The translations under genes were made by a program, and so were the position numbers. A stretch of DNA of 35,078 nucleotides, taken from a bacterium (GTDB taxonomy: Bacteria; Zhuqueibacterota; Zhuqueibacteria; Oceanimicrobiales; Oceanimicrobiaceae). Shown piece after piece: positions 26,774-35,078 of the stretch. Each line of letters starts with the position of its first letter. The first letter of the stretch is position 1. The notes beneath the pieces are model-generated. The model ran no database searches. It had not been told where the DNA came from and saw only the letters and a list, made by a program, of their open reading frames with translations. The stretch is taken from the NCBI GenBank assembly GCA_046757165.1, contig JBHHXT010000033.1, forward strand, positions 1 to 35,078, written 5' to 3'.

Positions 26774-28513
26774 ATGAGAGAAATCCATAATTTGCTGCAG
26801 CAGCAGCTTGATCAGCACCTCGGCCCGTCACGGGCACTAGCAGACAGATGTGAGCAGTTTATCCAGGCCGTAAATGAGACCTACTGGCAGTTCGAGAAAA
26901 AATGTCAGGAGCTCGAACACTCGCTGCAAGTCAACCCACAAGAGCTGACGGAAGCGAACGCAGAAATGCGAGCGGTGTTCAGAGCCGTCTCAGACATGTT
27001 TTTGCGACTCAACCGAGACGGCAAGATTCTCTATTTCAAGGGCAGCGCCGAAATTGAACACCTGATGCCGCCTGACAAAGTGGTTGGCAGCTACATTCAT
27101 GAAATCAAACAAGACGATGTCGCAAAGGAGTTTGCCTCAGCGATCGAGGGGGTCCGGCAAAACCGGAAGAAGTGTCTTATTGAATACGCCGTTGAGCGAG
27201 ATGGGCAGAAGCAGTTCTACGAAGCCCGGCTGCTGCCATTCTTTGCGGACATGATTATTGTCGCCATAAGAAATATCACGGAGCGGAAGATTGTTGAGCT
27301 CGAGCTGAAACGCGTGCATGCCGAAACTGAGCAGTTGCTGGCATCCATTTCCTCTATTTTGATCGGTGTGGATTCGAAGGATCGGGTGACACGTTGGAAC
27401 AAGGCGGCCGAGATGACCTTTGGACTGCCGGCAGAACAGGTCATTGGCCGGGGATTCATCCAATGTGGCATCAAGTGGGAATGGATCGACGTGCTCGAGA
27501 ATATCGCGGTGTGCCGCGACCGAGATAAACCTTCTCGCCTCGATGATGTGAGGTTCACCAGGCCGGATGGCAAAGAGGGTTACATCGCCATCACAATCAA
27601 TCCCGTGGTGAGCGACAAAAAGGAGCATTCGGGTTATCTTCTTCTGGGAGCAGAAATCACGGATCGCAAAATCCTGGAGAACCAACTGGCACAAGCTCAA
27701 AAACTGGAATCCATCGGGCAGCTCGCGGCTGGCGTGGCGCATGAAATCAATACGCCGACGCAATATGTCGGAGATAATGTTCGCTTCCTGGCCAAAGGAT
27801 TCGAACGTCTGCAAATGTTCATCGACAAATGTCATGAGCTGCTGGAGCAAGCTGATAATGCGGCAATGGTGCAAGAGACGGTTGCCGAAGCCAGAAGCCT
27901 GAGTACCGAAACCAAGGTGAAGTACATGAGCCAGGAGATTCCGGTCGCACTCGAGGAGACGCTGGAAGGCGTGCAGCGCATCGCCGGTATCGTCAAGGCC
28001 ATGAAGGAGTATTCACATCCGGGGGGCAAAGAAAAGATCCCGGTAGATATCAACAAAGCCCTGGAAAACACGATTCTGGTTTCTCGCAGCGAATGGAAAT
28101 ATCACGCCGAGATGGAGATGGAGCTCAACCCATCGCTGCCACCTGTGCTCTGCTTCCCGGGAGAGCTCAACCAGGTGTTTCTGAACATTATTGTCAATGC
28201 CTCTCATGCTATCATGGATGCCAACAAAAAGCTGTCACGCCAGAAGGGCACGATAACCATCTCTACCGATTATGATGACCAGTATGCCATTATCAAGATC
28301 AGTGATACGGGCACCGGCATCCCACGAGAACATAGAGACAAGATCTTCGATCCGTTTTTTACCACCAAGGAAGTTGGCAAAGGGACAGGGCAGGGGTTGG
28401 CTATCTCACATAATGTCGTGGTCGAGAAGCACGGCGGTGGCATTACTTTCGAAACGCAAGAGGGCAAGGGGACGACCTTTTCAATCCGTTTGCCGTTTGA
28501 GGCGTCACGATAA
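26774..28513 (+). CDS. Cytoplasmic PAS-PAS sensor histidine kinase (NtrB-like)
   Basis: H-box 'LAAGVAHEINTP', N-box 'QVFLNIIVNA', 'DTGTGI', 'IFDPFFTTK', 'GTGQGL'; no TM segment. Confidence 0.95.
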   Translation: MREIHNLLQQQLDQHLGPSRALADRCEQFIQAVNETYWQFEKKCQELEHSLQVNPQELTEANAEMRAVFRAVSDMFLRLNRDGKILYFKGSAEIEHLMPPDKVVGSYIHEIKQDDVAKEFASAIEGVRQNRKKCLIEYAVERDGQKQFYEARLLPFFADMIIVAIRNITERKIVELELKRVHAETEQLLASISSILIGVDSKDRVTRWNKAAEMTFGLPAEQVIGRGFIQCGIKWEWIDVLENIAVCRDRDKPSRLDDVRFTRPDGKEGYIAITINPVVSDKKEHSGYLLLGAEITDRKILENQLAQAQKLESIGQLAAGVAHEINTPTQYVGDNVRFLAKGFERLQMFIDKCHELLEQADNAAMVQETVAEARSLSTETKVKYMSQEIPVALEETLEGVQRIAGIVKAMKEYSHPGGKEKIPVDINKALENTILVSRSEWKYHAEMEMELNPSLPPVLCFPGELNQVFLNIIVNASHAIMDANKKLSRQKGTITISTDYDDQYAIIKISDTGTGIPREHRDKIFDPFFTTKEVGKGTGQGLAISHNVVVEKHGGGITFETQEGKGTTFSIRLPFEASR

Positions 28514-28532
28514 GCGGAATTGGACAGAATGT

Positions 28533-29320
28533 ATGAGTACTAGAATCTTGTTTGTCGACGACGATGCCAATGTTTTGCGAGGCCTGCGTCGCGCAATGTT
28601 CGAGATGTCCGACGAATGGGAGATGGCGTTTGCAAACAGCGGCAAGGATGCGCTGAGCACGCTCGAGAAGGAAGGCTTTGATGTCATCGTTTCGGATATG
28701 CGCATGCCAGAAATGGATGGCGCCGAGTTGCTGCAGGAGGTGTCCCGAAGATATCCTCACATGGTACGAATCATCCTGTCCGGTCAGGCCGACAAAGAGG
28801 CGATCATCAAGTCGGTTCAACCGACACATCAATATCTGGCCAAGCCGTGTGATATCCGGCAACTGAACGAGATTGTGGCGCAATCGGTCACGGTGCTCGT
28901 TTGGTGGAGAACAGCCAGCTTCGACAGGTCGTCTCCCGGCTCAAATCCGTTCCGAGTTTGCCGACTTTGTACCAGGAAGTCATGCGGGAAATGCAGAGGC
29001 CTGACTTCAAGCTGGGACGAATTGGCGAGATCATTTCTCGAGATGCTGGCATGACTGCAAAAATTCTACAATTGGTGAATTCTTCCTTTTTCGGGTTGCC
29101 GGCGAGAATCAATGACCCCGGGCATGCCGCAAAGATGCTGGGGGCCGATGTCCTCAAAGGCCTCATCCTCACCGCCCTGACCGCCACCTATGCCGCGAAC
29201 ACTCTGATAGGTCAGGAGGAGCTGGATCTGCTCTATCTGGAGCAAGTGGGGTTAGGGGACCACGTGGCGGACTGGCAAGGATTGCAGAAAACCGGAACTA
29301 ACATCCATGGTGCCTTATGA
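28533..29320 (+). pseudogene. Receiver-HDOD response regulator, frameshifted and internally deleted
   Basis: Receiver domain from ATG 28533 ('ILFVDDD', 'SDMRMPEMDG'). HDOD start ('VPSLPTLYQEV', 'DAGMTAKILQLVNSSFFG') continues in another frame from ~28901, and most of the HDOD core is absent. Confidence 0.8.
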
Positions 29321-30453
29321 GTGAGAAAATCCTGTTCGTAGATGACGACCCCCACATCCTGAAGAGTTGCAAGCGCAACCTCGGGTTTGATTTCGAAATC
29401 GACACCGCCCTGGGCGGCGAAGACGGCGTGAAGACCATCGAGGAAGACGGGCCGTATGCCGTGGTCGTTTCGGACATGCGCATGCCCGGGATGAACGGCA
29501 CCCAGTTTCTTGCCAGTGTCCGCAAGAGGTGGCCAGATACGGTCAGAATGCTGCTTACCGGGCAGGCCGAGATGTCCGATGCCATTGCCGTGGTCAATGA
29601 AGGACAAATATTCCGTTTCTTGACCAAGCCCTGTCCTCCGGAGGTCTTTTCGCAGGCGCTCAATGATGGCCTGCTCTGTTATCGCACCATCACGTCAGAA
29701 AAAGAGCTGCTGGGCAAGACGCTCAAAGGCAGTGTCAAGCTGCTCATGGACGTGCTCGCCATCGTCAACCCAGGCGCATATAGTCGCTCGAAACGGGTGC
29801 GAGAGCTTGCCAGCAAAATCGCGAAACGGGTCGCGGTCAAGAATCTCTGGCAGGTGGATCTCGCCGTGCTCCTCTCTCGAATCGGCTACGTGACCGTCCC
29901 GGCCGAAATCCTTGCCAAAAAGAACCGCGGCGACCTCTTGACGGAAGGGGAGAAACGACAGTACTACCGCTACCTTGAAAATGGCAGCAAGCTGGTCAAA
30001 AACATTCCTCGCTTGCAGGAGATAGCCCAGGCCATGCTGTACCAGGAGAAGAAGTTCAACGGCGAAGGCCCGCCCTATGACGCCGTCGGCAAGAGCAAGA
30101 TTCCGTTGCTGGCCCGCGTGCTAAAAATCGTTTATGATTTCGACGATCTGCTCACCAAAGAGGGCTCCATCGAAAAAGCCTACAAAAAACTCCTGCACCA
30201 AAAATCGTGGTATGATGCCAATATCTTCGAAGCGCTCAAGCTGGAAGTCCTGTTGTGGGATGATGAGCAACGTGTCGTTGACATCGAGCCGCGGAAAGTG
30301 AAAGTCGGAATGGTTGCTGCTGCTGACGTGAGAACGACGACAGATATGCTGCTGGTGGCCAGAAACCAGGAAATATCGGAGACGGTGAGATTGTGTATCG
30401 TCAACTACGCCCGCAAAAACCAAATCATCGGGCCGGTCAAGGTTTTCAAGTAG
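29317..30453 (+). CDS. Response regulator with degenerate HD-GYP-like domain
   Basis: Receiver 'ILFVDDD...SDMRMP...FLTKP'; HD-GYP scaffold 'SKRVRELA', 'LLSRIG', 'QEKKFNGEGPP', 'IPLLARVLKIV'. Confidence 0.9.
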   Translation: MSEKILFVDDDPHILKSCKRNLGFDFEIDTALGGEDGVKTIEEDGPYAVVVSDMRMPGMNGTQFLASVRKRWPDTVRMLLTGQAEMSDAIAVVNEGQIFRFLTKPCPPEVFSQALNDGLLCYRTITSEKELLGKTLKGSVKLLMDVLAIVNPGAYSRSKRVRELASKIAKRVAVKNLWQVDLAVLLSRIGYVTVPAEILAKKNRGDLLTEGEKRQYYRYLENGSKLVKNIPRLQEIAQAMLYQEKKFNGEGPPYDAVGKSKIPLLARVLKIVYDFDDLLTKEGSIEKAYKKLLHQKSWYDANIFEALKLEVLLWDDEQRVVDIEPRKVKVGMVAAADVRTTTDMLLVARNQEISETVRLCIVNYARKNQIIGPVKVFK

Positions 30454-30469
30454 CTGGCTGGCAGCGAGC

Positions 30470-32980
30470 TCACCGGACCAACTGCATCCGCCCCACCTGC
30501 ACAGAGGCCCCGGTTTGCATTCTGAGTAAATAGACCCCACTGGCGACCTGCAGCCCGTTGTCGCCACGCCCGTTCCAAACCAGCGTGTACCGTCCGGTCC
30601 CTTGCTGGCCGTTGAACAGCGTGCGCACGCGCTGGCCCATCACGTTATAGACCGCTATTCTGACGTGGCTCAGGAAAGGCAATTCGTAGTCGAAGCGCGT
30701 TTCCGGATTGAATGGATTCGGGTAGTTCTGTGACAGCGTGAAGGCCCCGGGCACGCCGGCAAGCGGCGGGTCCACGCTCACGGGCTGGTCCGAGATAAGC
30801 GCCTTAAAATCATCGATGTTGTTTTTGCGCCCGCCTGCCAACATCACGCCACAGTAAAAGTCCGATTGTGACCTGGGATTGATGAAGAAAGACGGGTCCG
30901 TGATCGTGATGTCCTCCTGGCCGTTGACGAACACGGTAAAATGGTTGCCGGAAGCGTCTGAGGACAGCCGTATTTTGAACTCCTGGCCCGGCTCGGGTTG
31001 GCTCAGGAGCGGTGTTTCGACAATGGGGCTGGCCGGGTTCTCGCCAGGCAGGATCTTCCAGAGACGGATTTCGTTGCGTTGTGTCCTGCGCGTGACCAGG
31101 TAGCCTTTGGCGTTCACGTTTGGCGCATCCAGCAGAACCGCGATGCCGCCCTGGTCGATGCCAAGATTGTTGACCGAGGGACTCCATTTGAAGGAAACCT
31201 CGACCGGGTTGCTGCGTGCGGTCAAAACAGCCAGATCCCATCGGGTCTGGTCTTCAGAGGTATTCGTCAGCTCATCGCCGACGATCTGGAGAGAAGCGGC
31301 TGCGTCCCAGTTGGCGCCCAGTGCATTGCGGTCGAACGTATCGGTGAACAGCTTTCCTGCCTCCGTGGTTCCGGTCGCCACATTGGAGAGGAGAGAGGGA
31401 TTGCCGGCTTCATCCAGCACTTTCAGGGCAAAATAGTACGTGGTTTCCGGCTGCAGATCGAAGACTGTGACTGTTTCCGGCGCGCCCGCCGGGCCCGGGG
31501 CCGGCAGGCCCGCTACCTTTGTGGCCGTCTGAAAGTCGACCTCGGTGTTGATCGGATTGACCGAATAACGCAGGTCGTACCTGACCGCGCTGCCATTGTT
31601 GCCGTCATCCCCGCTGGCTCTCCAGGTCAAAACAGCCGAAGTGGTGGTGACGCCGCTGACCGTCAGGTTTTCGACCCGCGCCGGCGGCACAAGGTCGCCT
31701 TTGCCTTCTGCGAAGAACTCGGCGAGGTCGTTGTTCAGGTTGTGCTTGAGCAGCACACCGGAATACCGCCGGCCGCTGTTGCCGGGATCCGGGGTGGAAA
31801 TCGTACCGGCAAGCGTGTTGTTGACAAAATAGGTGAACTGTAGAATACTGCCAACGACGCTCAAATCGACTCTGACGACGTCGCCCGGGCCGGGAGGCGG
31901 AGCCTGGCTGGCGATTTCGAGGCCCAGGTCCTGGTCCGCTATGCCTTTGGTGATGGTCCAGAGGCGCAGCATGTTGTCGCCCGGCGTAATCCAGGCCAGA
32001 AAGCCGGAGGCGTCCCTGGAGTCGGAATCCAGCAACAGCGCCAGACCGCCGCGGCCGATCCCGTCCGCATCTGCGTTCAGGCTCCAGCGCAGGCCGACGC
32101 GTGTGGGGCTGACGACCTCTTTGTAAGTTGCCATGAACTCGAAGCGGTCGTCGCCTGTCCCCGCCGTGTTGACCAAATCGCCGTCCCGGATTTCAAACTC
32201 CGGGTCGGCATCCCAGGTGATACCGAGTGCGGCTCTCTCGAAATTGTCGGCCACGGTGATGTCATCTTCAATGTGGGCCGCGGTCATAATCTTGTTGACC
32301 CAGACCCGCGCCACCACTTCATATCCGCTGTCGGTTGGATGCACGGCATCACTCGGTTGGAAAAAATCGTCCTTCCAGGTGGGGTTGGTTTTCATGATCT
32401 CATTCATGCCGGCGTAAAACACATTGAGGCCCGCGTCCCGTTTTTCGAGATAGACCTGCTGAATCAAGGCATTGAGTTTGGAGACCTGTTCGTCTTTGTC
32501 ATCCGTGCGCGGCAGCAGACTGCTGACGAGTATTTTGATCGCTGGATTGAAATTGTGGATGGCTGCAAGCACCTGGCCGATTTCCTCGGCCGTGCTCGCA
32601 TTGGACTGGCCGTTGTTGATATCGTTGGTGCCGATTTGCAGCAAGACCATATCCGGCGGACTGGCGCTCAGGAAAGTGGCGATGCTGTCCCGAAGCTGCT
32701 CGGCGCGCAGGCCGTCGTGGCCCTCGTGGGCCGCGTCAAAGCCCTGACCGTCGGCGAGGGATCCGACAAAGTCGAACGTCAGACCCTCGGTGGTGAGCAA
32801 TTCAGAGAGATCATTGCGATAGCCCGCGTCGTCTGTCGATGGCCCAAGGACGCCGCGCGTCAATGAATTGCCCAGCGGCATAATTTTGATTTGCGCAATT
32901 GCCCCGCTCGAGGTGAGCAGCACCAGCAAAATCGTCAACAGGACGAAGTATCTTGTCTCCATTCTTTTCCCTGAATCCAT
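30470..32980 (-). CDS. Secreted SGNH/GDSL hydrolase with duplicated beta-sandwich domain, FN3 and FlgD-Ig/T9SS-like C-terminal domain
   Basis: Signal peptide; 'IMPLGNSLT', 'HEGHDG', 'IGTNDI', 'DAVHP'; FN3 'LTWRASGDDG...YDLRYS...LQPETTYYFA'; 'LSQNYPNPFNP'. Confidence 0.92.
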   Translation of the reverse strand: MDSGKRMETRYFVLLTILLVLLTSSGAIAQIKIMPLGNSLTRGVLGPSTDDAGYRNDLSELLTTEGLTFDFVGSLADGQGFDAAHEGHDGLRAEQLRDSIATFLSASPPDMVLLQIGTNDINNGQSNASTAEEIGQVLAAIHNFNPAIKILVSSLLPRTDDKDEQVSKLNALIQQVYLEKRDAGLNVFYAGMNEIMKTNPTWKDDFFQPSDAVHPTDSGYEVVARVWVNKIMTAAHIEDDITVADNFERAALGITWDADPEFEIRDGDLVNTAGTGDDRFEFMATYKEVVSPTRVGLRWSLNADADGIGRGGLALLLDSDSRDASGFLAWITPGDNMLRLWTITKGIADQDLGLEIASQAPPPGPGDVVRVDLSVVGSILQFTYFVNNTLAGTISTPDPGNSGRRYSGVLLKHNLNNDLAEFFAEGKGDLVPPARVENLTVSGVTTTSAVLTWRASGDDGNNGSAVRYDLRYSVNPINTEVDFQTATKVAGLPAPGPAGAPETVTVFDLQPETTYYFALKVLDEAGNPSLLSNVATGTTEAGKLFTDTFDRNALGANWDAAASLQIVGDELTNTSEDQTRWDLAVLTARSNPVEVSFKWSPSVNNLGIDQGGIAVLLDAPNVNAKGYLVTRRTQRNEIRLWKILPGENPASPIVETPLLSQPEPGQEFKIRLSSDASGNHFTVFVNGQEDITITDPSFFINPRSQSDFYCGVMLAGGRKNNIDDFKALISDQPVSVDPPLAGVPGAFTLSQNYPNPFNPETRFDYELPFLSHVRIAVYNVMGQRVRTLFNGQQGTGRYTLVWNGRGDNGLQVASGVYLLRMQTGASVQVGRMQLVR

Positions 32981-33183
32981 GGTTTTCCTACTCCGAATGT
33001 TGTTCGCAATAGATGAGGAGTAACAGACTATTTATAAAGACATAACGGCTCAAATGCAGGAAATATTGATCTCCTTTGCCGCCAGAATAGAATTGAGTTG
33101 AAATCGGGGCACAAATTCACTACTATGATTCCGACGAATCGAGACGGTTGAGTTTCTTCAAGAAATGAATAGGACAGGTGAAA

Positions 33184-33963
33184 ATGGATACCTTTACCCA
33201 AAAGAACGTTCTCATCACCGGCGCTTCTTCCGGAATCGGCAAGGAATTCGCCAAACAGTTAGCGGGACAGGGCGCAACCCTGATCCTGACGGCACGCAGT
33301 GAAGCCGCCCTCAAAGAGCTGGCGCACTCCCTCTCAGAGCAGCATAAGGTTCAAACGCATGTTTTCTGTCAGGACCTCGGCCAACCGGGCGGGGCGCAGC
33401 TTTTGGCGCAGAAAATTCAGCAAGCCGGCCTGCAAGTCGATGTGGTCATCAACAACGCCGGCTTCGGCAAATGGGGGCCGTTCGAGTCGGTCGACGCCGC
33501 GACCTATGAAGCGATGCTAAACCTGAACATCCACGCGGTGGTCGCCTTGACGCACTTTTTTCTGCCGGCCATGCTCGAGCGCGGCGAAGGAGGGTTTATC
33601 AACGTTGCCTCCACCGCAGGGTTTCAGCCCGTGCCCTATTTCTCGACTTACAGCGCCAGCAAGGCGTTCGTGATCAGTTTTTCCGAAGGGTTGTGGCGTG
33701 AATACAAAGACCGGGGCGTCGTATTCACCTGTCTGTGCCCGGGGGGAACAGACACCAACTTTCATGAAGTGTCTCAGATGGACAAACGCAAATTGATCGC
33801 CCTGGCCTCGTCCGAAAAAGTGGCGCAGCTCGCGTTGCAGGCGTTTCTGAAAGGCAAGCTCAATGTCATAGCCGGCGCAAAAAATTACCTTCTGGCCAAC
33901 TCGATCAGATTTGCGCCGCGCCGATGGGTAACCGAAGTGACGGCGGCGATGTTCAGACCTTAA
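33184..33963 (+). CDS. Short-chain dehydrogenase/reductase (DltE-like)
   Basis: 'TGASSGIG', 'NNAGFG', 'NVAS', 'YSASK'. Confidence 0.95.
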   Translation: MDTFTQKNVLITGASSGIGKEFAKQLAGQGATLILTARSEAALKELAHSLSEQHKVQTHVFCQDLGQPGGAQLLAQKIQQAGLQVDVVINNAGFGKWGPFESVDAATYEAMLNLNIHAVVALTHFFLPAMLERGEGGFINVASTAGFQPVPYFSTYSASKAFVISFSEGLWREYKDRGVVFTCLCPGGTDTNFHEVSQMDKRKLIALASSEKVAQLALQAFLKGKLNVIAGAKNYLLANSIRFAPRRWVTEVTAAMFRP

Positions 33964-34053
33964 AGAGATTCTCCACAGCGCGGACAGATTTCAAGCACAA
34001 GGTCAACCGCTCGCAATCGCCCTCGAGGGGTTACTAAAGAAAACTGAGAAATT

Positions 34054-34731
34054 ATGTTCATAGGTCATTTTGGTGTTGGATTTGGGGCGAAAACCCTTGT
34101 ACCGAGAGTGTCGCTTGGGACTTTGTTTCTCGCCGTTCAATTCGTGGATCTGCTCTGGCCCACGCTGCTTCTGCTGGATCTCGAGAATGTCGAGATTGAA
34201 CCCGGTATCACGAAACTGACACCTCTCGATTTCGCCAACTATCCCATTTCACACAGTTTGCTCATGGTATGCGTCTGGGGGCTACTTGTCGGCGTGATAT
34301 ATTGGTTGGTGAGAAGGAAAATCAAGGGTGCGCTTATGCTTGGCCTATGTGTCGTTAGTCACTGGGTGCTCGATCTCATCGTCCACAGACCAGATTTGCC
34401 GCTGTACCCGGGTGAATCGCCCCGGTTGGGACTGGGTTTATGGAATTCGCTCGCTGGCACGCTGCTATTGGAAGGATTCATTTTCGTCGTTGGCGTCATA
34501 CTCTGTCTTCGCGTCACCCGGGCTAAAAACCAGGTTGGAAGATTGGGTTTCTGGACACTCGTCGGGTTTCTGGTGGTGGTTTACTTTGCCAACATTTTCG
34601 GACCGCCCCCGCCCGGTACAACTGCAATCGCGTGGGCTGGCCATTTGCAATGGCTGTTTGTAGCTTGGGCGTACTGGGTGGATCGCAACCGTATTCCTTT
34701 CTCAGCGCGTTTTGCGGACTCTGCGGGCTGA
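34054..34731 (+). CDS. Membrane-bound metal-dependent hydrolase-like protein (YdjM/DUF457-like)
   Basis: 'MFIGHF', 'QFVDLLWP', 'ISHSLL', 'SHWVLDLIVHRPDL'; multiple TM helices. Confidence 0.85.
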   Translation: MFIGHFGVGFGAKTLVPRVSLGTLFLAVQFVDLLWPTLLLLDLENVEIEPGITKLTPLDFANYPISHSLLMVCVWGLLVGVIYWLVRRKIKGALMLGLCVVSHWVLDLIVHRPDLPLYPGESPRLGLGLWNSLAGTLLLEGFIFVVGVILCLRVTRAKNQVGRLGFWTLVGFLVVVYFANIFGPPPPGTTAIAWAGHLQWLFVAWAYWVDRNRIPFSARFADSAG

Positions 34732-34800
34732 GGATAATCGGTTTGAAAAAGAAACGGCGCAGCATGACAGCCTCCATTGCCAGTTGCCGCACCGGGGCGC

Positions 34801-34864
34801 GACCCCTTTGACTTGCTCCATCAGGCTGGCATTGGGTTCAAGTTTTGGTTGCGTTTCATTTTCG
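34801..34864 (-). pseudogene. Possible N-terminal stub of an integron integrase
   Basis: Translates '...PKLEPNASLMEQVKGV', resembling the 'P..KLMDQVREV' start of environmental IntI, downstream of AAGGAGG/AAGGA. Very short match. Confidence 0.3.
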
Positions 34865-35078
34865 TTATCCTTACCCTCCTTTAACCTCCACATAAACCAA
34901 TATTCTAAGCAAGAACTGAAAAAACCCGAGCTATTCTTCCAATATTCGGATCTTAGTATGACAATATCTGGAAAGTTTTCCGGGTAGGTGAGTGGATCGC
35001 AGGCACTCTTTCCATCGACCCCCATGTTAGCAGTAATAAAGTAAAGCACTCATAATAAAGAATAAGTGGGTAAACTGA

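Noticed and set aside
28880..28905. Programmed frameshift in the HDOD regulator
   Set aside because: No slippery heptamer or homopolymer tract; the additional deletion favours decay or an assembly error.

Overview
Bacterial chromosomal window, mostly GC-rich coding sequence. Two secreted proteins carry the C-terminal 'LSQNYPNPFN...' FlgD-Ig/T9SS-like sorting domain, which suggests an FCB-related lineage such as KSB1/Calditrichota (inference). Gene content: an OprB-family porin with an unusual N-terminal helical extension; a 2081-aa modular surface protein (LamG, an unassigned domain, Ig-like repeats, 4x DNRLRE/CBM96-like); an AGT-family aminotransferase, CPXCG protein, thioesterase, queuosine-precursor transporter and Zn metalloprotease; a small accessory patch (GNAT plus IS3 fragment); an acetamidase; a fused 2-oxoacid dehydrogenase E1; a translationally coupled zinc-ribbon/DUF2085/zinc-ribbon membrane operon; an amidohydrolase; an Aas-like ligase; a vapBC-type toxin-antitoxin pair; PepP; a PAS kinase/HDOD-RR (broken)/degenerate HD-GYP-RR signalling operon; an SGNH-FN3 secreted protein; an SDR; and a membrane hydrolase. 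The most striking non-coding feature is that many intergenic gaps each hold a different short-repeat or palindromic REP/MITE-like element (about seven families), and one inverted pair brackets a 4-kb segment. There are also two possible relict integron heads, both tentative. No rRNA, tRNA or CRISPR array was seen.
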